From positions 79,281-143,280 of the forward strand of contig CAVUJU010000003.1 in NCBI GenBank assembly GCA_963741925.1: a DNA stretch of 64,000 nucleotides. Reading direction: 5' to 3'. Both the position numbers and the translations under genes were made by a program. Below are positions 62,201-64,000 of the stretch, in pieces (within the stretch, counting starts at the first letter, position 1; each line of letters begins with the position of its first letter). This stretch comes from an uncultured Acidobacteriota bacterium (GTDB lineage Bacteria > Acidobacteriota > Thermoanaerobaculia > Multivoradales > DATKCC01). Under the pieces are notes generated by a model that was not told the DNA's origin, did no database searches, and saw only the letters and a list, made by a program, of their open reading frames with translations.

Positions 62201-63499
62201 CCCCGGCCCCAGGCGCTGCGCCCCCTCGAGCTCCTCGACGAGTGTGCCCGCCACCGGGTGACCAAGCTGAGCCTCACGAGCTCGCACTGGCACCAGGTGG
62301 TGGACGAGATGACCGCCGCCGGGCGGCGCCTGCCGTCGTCGCTCCGGACCCTGGTGACCGGCGCCGAGAGCCCCTCGGCCGAGAAGCTCGCCGAGCTGGC
62401 GCGCCGCGCCGCCCCCGGCGCCCGGCTGTACAACTTCTACGGGCCGACCGAAGCCACGATCTCCGGCACCCGGTTGCCCCTGCCCCGGGAGGCGGAGGCG
62501 ATCGCCCGCTGCGCGCGGGTCCCCATCGGCCGCCCGTTCCGCGCGGTCCGGGTCTACCTGGGCGGCCCGGACCTGCAGCCGGTGCCGGTGGGAGTGGCCG
62601 GCGAGATCCTCCTGGGCGGCAGCGGCGTGGCGATCGGCTACCTGCGCCGGCCAGCCCTGAGCGCCCAGCGGTTCGTTCCCGATCCCTGGAGCCCGGTCCC
62701 GGGAGCGCGCCTCTATCGCACGGGCGACCTCGCGCGCCACCGCCCCGGAGGCGAGATCGAGTTCCTCGGCCGCGCCGACGCCCAGGTCAAGTTGCGCGGC
62801 TTCCGGATCGAGCTCGGGGAGGTCGAGGAGACCCTGCGCCAGCACCCCGGTCTCGGCGAGGCGGCGGCCGTCGTGCGCTCCGACGGGGGCGACCGCAGGC
62901 TGGTGGCGTACGTGGTGCCCGTGGCGTCCCGATCAGGAGGGCCGTCCGCGCCGCCGACGGTCAGCGAGCTGCGCGCCTACCTGGCCGAACGGCTCCCGGA
63001 GTTCATGGTGCCCTCGGCGCTCGTGACCCTCGACGCGCTGCCGGTGACGCCCACCGGCAAGGTCGACACGAAGGCCCTGCCCGCGCCGGACGGGTCGCGG
63101 CCCGAGCTGGCCGGCGCCTACGCGCCGCCCGAGACCCCCCTCGAGCGGTTCCTGGCCGGCGCCTGGCAGGAGGTGCTCAAGGTCGACCGGGCGGGCCTCG
63201 GCGACGGCTTCTTCGAGCTGGGAGGCGACTCGATCCAGGGCGCCACGCTGATCAACCGCCTGGAGGAGACCCTGGGCGAGCACGTCTACGTGACCGCGCT
63301 CTTCGACACCCGCGACCTGGGGAAGCTCGCCGCCTACCTCGCGGCCCACTACCCGGAGCGGGTGGCGGAAGCTCTTCGGCGCGGAGAGCCTGCCCGAGAC
63401 GGCGCGCCGGAGGGCGGCCCGGGCGGTCCGGCGGGTCGACGAGGAGCGCCTGGCCGAGCTGAGCGCACGGATCGAGCCGCTGGCGCCGTTCCCCGATGA
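50231..63499 (+). CDS. Non-ribosomal peptide synthetase, four modules C-A-T x4; coding continues in another frame into a sulfotransferase domain
   Basis: ORF 49970..63499. GTG 50231 is chosen because upstream residues are Arg/Pro/Ser junk. C-domain HHxxxDG motifs lie at ~50750, 54008, 57320 and 60566. A-domain (Y/F)TSGSTGRP(N/K)G motifs lie at ~52190, 55465, 58765 and 62000. PCP GG(H/D)S motifs lie at ~53427, 56738, 59967 and 63221. There are no E, MT or TE domains within the window. Confidence 0.92.
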   Translation: MKAGNLSREELSRLVRRLGQARAKGRVETEAPASRGEARRGGSLSSAQKRLWFLDRLTPGTAAYNVPLALRLRGRLDVRALAIGLREIVRRHEPLRSRVSVVAGELVPAARGDGAAALPAVDLSALPRARAEAEARALAAAGARRPFDLARGPLLRRVSIRIAPEDHLLLVVFHHIVVDGWSVGVFVAELASLYTSASRGMRPALPALQASYADFVAWESERLAGPGLAQDLGYWRRRLAGAPPVLVLPADRPAPPGRRDRPGAHLFFAWPPELVRSLCALSRERGTTLFAVLLAAFHALLARHSGSDSPVVGTPVANRPRRELEALIGLFVNHLPLRGDLSGDPSFSELVGRAAEGFLEAQAHAVPYQRLVEELRPRRDLDHPPIFQVLFGLQDTPLGGGGLPGLETGLMVVESGSAKLDLGLVLVEREGGLEGDLEYDRDLFDPTTARRLAGHLRNLLAAAVAAPETPVSRLPLLAAGERRQLLGEWNDTAAGDPGRLAVEELFAAQAARTPEAVAVTAGGSALSYRELERRAAALAGCLRAAGVGPETRVGLCVERSLALPVAMLAILEAGGAYVPLDPGYPAERLGFMLEDAGVSLLVGPEELLAALPAGDLPAVRLAAAGRRPAGGGAAAVARAARAPGGGERLAYVMYTSGSTGRPNGVAVAHRGIVRLVRETGYAELGPGETFLQLAPISFDAATLEVWGPLLNGGRLALCPPGVPSVAELGRTLAAERVTALRLTAGRFHQVVEDDLPALAGLRQILAGGDVLAPGAVERVLREVPGCRVTNGYGPTENTTFTTTHGMAAEDGRGRFFPPARVGRGSRGRGAVRSIPIGRPIANTRVHVLDRGLEPAPIGVAGELWAAGAGLARGYWGRPRLTAERFAPDPWGERPGVRRYRTGDRVRRVGSGELEFLGRIDQQVKIRGFRIEPGEVEASLAGEARVAAAVVVARKDAPGGGRLDAYVVAAAGAAAEGLGAKLRAELARRLPDYLVPATVTVLAELPLTPNGKVDRRALPEPEARASAAGAPAFEAPRTPTEETLAGLWRELLGVERVGRHDDFFALGGHSLLVIRLVAQLRDRLGVELPVRAVFEAPTLARLAAVVEAAPRTGVPPILRVARDRPLPLSFSQERLWFLDQMEPGRAGYNLPAAVRLTGRLEVAALARALGEIVRRHEALRTRFAQRGGSPVQIVDPAPSAGSVGLPLVDLAPLGEARRSRVARALGESEAARPFDLERGPLVRSLLVRLGREEHVLVVTMHHVVSDGWSIGVYLRELGALYGAFREGRPSPLPELPVQYPDFAAWQRGWLSGALLAGRLAHWRERLAGAPELLELPTDRPRPPLQSERGGQLAFQVAPAAAGRLRELARREGATLFMALLAVFDAWLHRVTGSGDLVVGSPVAGRVRPEIEGLIGFFVNTLPLRVELSGRESFRELLGRARDAALDAFEHEDVPFEKLVEELRPRRDPAHSPVFQVLLALQNAPMGRRELPGVAFEPLPLAGRTAKFDLTMVFVERPDGGLAGGLEYNRDLFDPTTARRLAGHLRNLLAAAVAAPDRRVGELACLGAAERQQLREWNDSARAYEAGSGATVASLFAAQAGRTPDAVAVVAGGEALSYGELARRSAALGRHLAALGVRAEARVAIAAERSLEMVVGLLGILRAGAAYVPLDPSYPAQRLRAMIQDSGARVLLVPRSLARIAATVASQAAAGPTLVWLEAAPAEAGAALGGPEPTESPAAAERLAYTIFTSGSTGRPKGAMNPHAAVVNRLLWMVEELGIDAGERFLQKTPFGFDVSAWELFVPLVSGARLEMARPDGHRDPAYLAAQIVERGVTTAHAVPSMLRELLEVPGVERCAASLRRVVASGEELTPDLVLRFHRRLGGPDGAGGPDLLDLYGPTETAIEVTWWRCPPPGAGGETGPAPPVPIGRPVANAAIQVADAALRPVPVGVSGELLIGGRPVGRGYVGRPAQTAERFVPDPVSEAPGARVYRSGDLARRRPDGVVEFQGRIDQQVKVRGVRIELGEIESALGELPGVRQAAVLATLASEAVGDRRLVAFVVPEAGAALDAEALRTRLAGRLPEAMVPAVLVRLDELPLLTSGKVDRRRLAAMASEGGWRPAGAAYRAPETPVETELATLWGGLLGAAGEGTGDGEGAGGGLRVGRDDDFFALGGHSLLVTRLVARLREKLGVELPVRAVFEAPTLARLAAVVEAAPRTGVPPILRVARDRPLPLSFSQERLWFLDQMEPGRAGYNLPAAVRLTGRLEVAALARALGEIVRRHEALRTRFAQRGGSPVQIVDPAPPAGSVGLPLVDLAPLGEARRSRVARALGESEAARPFDLARGPLVRSLLVRLGREEHVLVVTMHHVVSDGWSIGVYLRELGALYGAFREGRPSPLPELPVQYPDFAAWQRGWLSGALLAGRLAHWRERLAGAPELLELPTDRPRPPLQSERGGQLAFQVAPAAAGRLRELARREGATLFMALLAVFDAWLYRVTGSGDLVVGSPVAGRVRPEIEGLIGFFVNTLPLRVELSGRESFRELLGRARDAALDAFEHEDVPFEKLVEELRPRRDPAHSPVFQVLLALQNAPMGRRELPGVALEPLPLAGRTAKFDLTMVFVERPDGGLAGGLEYNRDLFDPTTARRLAGHLRNLLAAAVAGPETPVSRLPLLAAGERRQLLGEWNDTAAGDPGRLAVEELFAAQAARTPEAVAVTAGGSALSYRELERRAAALAGCLRAAGVGPETRVGLCVERSLALPVAMLAILEAGGAYVPLDPGYPAERLGFMLEDAGVSLLVEPEELLAALPAGDLPAVRLAAAGRRPAGGGAAAVARAARAPGGGERLAYVMYTSGSTGRPNGVAVAHRGIVRLVRETGYAELGPGETFLQLAPISFDAATLEVWGPLLNGGRLALCPPGVPSVAELGRTLAAERVTALWLTAGLFHQVVEDDLPALAGLRQILAGGDVLAPGAVERVLREVPGCRVTNGYGPTENTTFTTCHGMAAAAEDGWGRPAAVRSIPIGRPIANTRVHVLDRGLEPVPIGVAGELWAAGAGLARGYWGRPRLTAERFAPDPWGERPGVRRYRTGDRVRRAGSGELEFLGRIDQQVKIRGFRIEPGEVEASLAGEARVAAAVVVARKDAPGGGRLDAYVVAAAGAAAEGLGAKLRAELARRLPDYLVPATVTVLAELPLTPNGKVDRRALPEPEARASAAGAPAFEAPRTPTEETLAGLWRELLGVEHIGRHDDFFALGGHSLLATRLVSRIRSALDVDLPLRSLFEAPTVADLAGSVEALRGDPAAVPVPPIRRRARTGPLPLSYAQERLWFLDRFEPGSSAYNIPAAFRLDGRLDLPGLAAALSGVIRRHEALRTTFESGEDGPRQVVGPPVSLAPPLVDLQAVLGPAARADGVDPRLEALAREEAERPFDLGRGPLVRATVLRLAPRRHVVFLTFHHIVADGWSIGIFVRELAALYRTASEGRPSPLPEPPVQYGDFASWQREWLAGGELERQLGYWRERLAGAPEVLELPTDRPRPSVATPQGRRRATAVDRHVTDGLRRLAREEGTTLFAVLLAAFDVLLHRYSGQDDLVVGSPIANRNREEIEGLVGVFVNTLALRVDLAGAPGFRELIGRVRKATADAYSHQDLPFEKLVAELRPARNRSHSPIFQVMLSLHDLGLVRTELPGLALAPLEVRGATAKFDLTLALTETPDGLRGVLGYRSALFDATTVERMGRQLDTLLRGALEDPDRPLRALPLLAPGEAHQILVAFNETPALPPATGPDDLLIHRLVAARAAASPDAVALVLDGDHLSYGALAARASRLARRLRAAGAGPGERVAVCLERSFDQIVAVLGALEAGAAYLPLDLAFPADRLAFMVADARPVALVTRSEHLELFSGLGAAERPAPILVEAGQVEVAGAGPSPSPDDPAYVIYTSGSTGRPKGVLVAHRSLAERLAAIRELFAFGPGDRQLQFASLSFDLSCDEVFLTLTSGASLVLEPRPQALRPLELLDECARHRVTKLSLTSSHWHQVVDEMTAAGRRLPSSLRTLVTGAESPSAEKLAELARRAAPGARLYNFYGPTEATISGTRLPLPREAEAIARCARVPIGRPFRAVRVYLGGPDLQPVPVGVAGEILLGGSGVAIGYLRRPALSAQRFVPDPWSPVPGARLYRTGDLARHRPGGEIEFLGRADAQVKLRGFRIELGEVEETLRQHPGLGEAAAVVRSDGGDRRLVAYVVPVASRSGGPSAPPTVSELRAYLAERLPEFMVPSALVTLDALPVTPTGKVDTKALPAPDGSRPELAGAYAPPETPLERFLAGAWQEVLKVDRAGLGDGFFELGGDSIQGATLINRLEETLGEHVYVTALFDTRDLGKLAAYLAAHYPERVAEALRRGEPARDGAPEGGPGGPAGRRGAPGRAERTDRAAGAVPR
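51545..53400 (+). repeat. Intragenic duplication block X, copy 1 (end of C1 + A1 + most of T1)
   Basis: The protein is near-identical to 58135..59940 except for a handful of substitutions and the 33-nt repeat-length difference. Confidence 0.85.
52661..52733 (+). repeat. Diverged G-rich core repeat inserted in-frame in the A1 domain
   Basis: GGGCGGGGGCGTTTCTTTCCCCCCGCGAGGGTTGGAAGGGGATCGAGAGGACGGGGGGCGGTCCGATCGATCC encodes GRGRFFPPARVGRGSRGRGAVRS, between the YGPTE motif and IPIGRP. Confidence 0.75.
53495..54895 (+). repeat. Intragenic duplication block Y, copy 1 (end of T1 + C2)
   Basis: Near-identical to 56808..58205. The visible protein differences are S/P, E/A, H/Y and F/L. Confidence 0.85.
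53590..56860 (+). other. NRPS module 2 (C2-A2-T2); the A2 code is DVWHVSLIEK (Ser-like)
   Basis: FDVSAWE, TTAHAVPS, VVASGEE, DLYGPTETAIE. NRLLWM as in Ser-activating domains. Confidence 0.6.
56808..58205 (+). repeat. Intragenic duplication block Y, copy 2 (end of T2 + C3)
   Basis: See 53495..54895. Confidence 0.85.
58135..59940 (+). repeat. Intragenic duplication block X, copy 2 (end of C3 + A3 + most of T3)
   Basis: See 51545..53400. Confidence 0.85.
59240..59273 (+). repeat. Internally deleted remnant of the same repeat at the equivalent position of the A3 domain
   Basis: GGGTGGGGGCGTCCC + GCCGCGGTCCGGTCGATCC, i.e. both ends of the unit without its hairpins. It encodes GWGRPAAVRS. Confidence 0.65.
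60140..63350 (+). other. NRPS module 4 (C4-A4-T4); the A4 code is DLDSVGFISK (not recognised)
   Basis: FDLSCDE, TKLSLTSS, LVTGAES, NFYGPTEATIS. The PCP motif is GGDSIQ. Confidence 0.55.
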
Positions 63500-64000
63500 G
63501 ACCCGCGACCCGAACCCCCGGGCGATCTTCGTCCTCTCGCCGCCGCGCTCGGGCTCGACCCTGCTGCGGGTGATGCTCGCCGGCCACCCGCGGCTCTTCG
63601 CTCCGCCCGAGCTCGAGCTGCTCTCGTTCAACACGCTGGGCGAGCGCAAGCGGGCGTTCTCGGACCGCTACGCCTTCTGGCTGGAAGGGGTGCTCCGGGC
63701 CTTGATGGAGCTCCGGGGGTGCGACGCGGACGAGGCCCGCCGGATGATGGCGGAGCGCGAGCGCGCCGACCAGCCGGTGCGGGAGCTCTACCGCGAGCTC
63801 CAAGAGTGGATCGGCGACCGCATCCTGGTCGACAAGACCCCGTCGTACGCCCTCGACCCGGCGATTCTGGCGCGCGCCGAGGAGGACTTCGCCGAGCCCC
63901 TCTACCTCCACCTCCTGCGCCACCCATACGGCGGCATCCTGTCGTTCGAGGAGGCGCGGCTCGAGCAGCTCTTCTTCCGCTACGACCACGCCTTCGAGCG
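63375..64000 (+). CDS. Sulfotransferase domain (CurM/OLS activating-ST-like), a continuation of the NRPS after a 1-nt frame break; partial, runs off the window
   Basis: The frame with positions divisible by 3 reads LFGAESLPETARR...RAIFVLSPPRSGSTLLRVMLAGHPRLFAPPELELLSFNTLGERKRAF...ILVDKTPSYALDP...LYLHLLRHPYGGILSFEE. It has high GC3 and no stop to the end of the window. It is not listed in the ORF track. Confidence 0.75.

Overview
Very GC-rich bacterial chromosomal segment with strongly GC3-skewed codons. It is mostly housekeeping genes on both strands and ends in a large NRPS gene that runs off the window.

Gene order:
- Pho-type cluster: Na/Pi cotransporter, PhoU-like protein, a 2-phosphoglycerate-kinase/ApgM-mutase fusion, and convergent PhoR/PhoB.
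- PHP-GT4 fusion, Spy/CpxP-like protein, radical SAM/SPASM enzyme.
- gcvT-gcvH-gcvPA-gcvPB, GlnRS with a YqeY tail, queA, an MFS transporter.
- Peptide-type ABC binding protein plus two permeases, a histidine kinase, hsp20.
- Zn-ribbon miniprotein plus methyltransferase.
- rplU-rpmA-obg-nadD-rsfS, followed by a motif-degenerate sigma54 activator.
- An intergenic group II intron, then smc.
- Short exosortase pair, pyrR-pyrB-pyrC, IMPase, M23 peptidase plus bactofilin-like protein, CRTAC1/FG-GAP protein.
- A four-module NRPS (C-A-T x4) that continues into a CurM/OLS-like sulfotransferase domain at the window edge.

Main non-genic signals:
1. A G-rich 63-64 bp double-hairpin repeat, single or in tandem arrays of 4-5. 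All eight copies are co-oriented with the adjacent gene. It usually abuts a start codon and is inserted in-frame in two NRPS adenylation domains.
2. A composite version of that repeat with conserved flanks fills two whole intergenic spacers.
3. A 33-nt hairpin repeat family.
4. Rod-like 139-161 bp palindromic elements.
5. A 17-bp degenerate tandem array next to the intron.

Caveat: five genes (phoU-like, ABC binding protein, obg, smc, and the NRPS/ST junction) each carry a single-nucleotide frame break. Two breaks sit in an identical 13-mer. Consensus errors are the default explanation, and recoding is the alternative.

The many long antisense ORFs in the track are GC-driven shadow ORFs and are not called.
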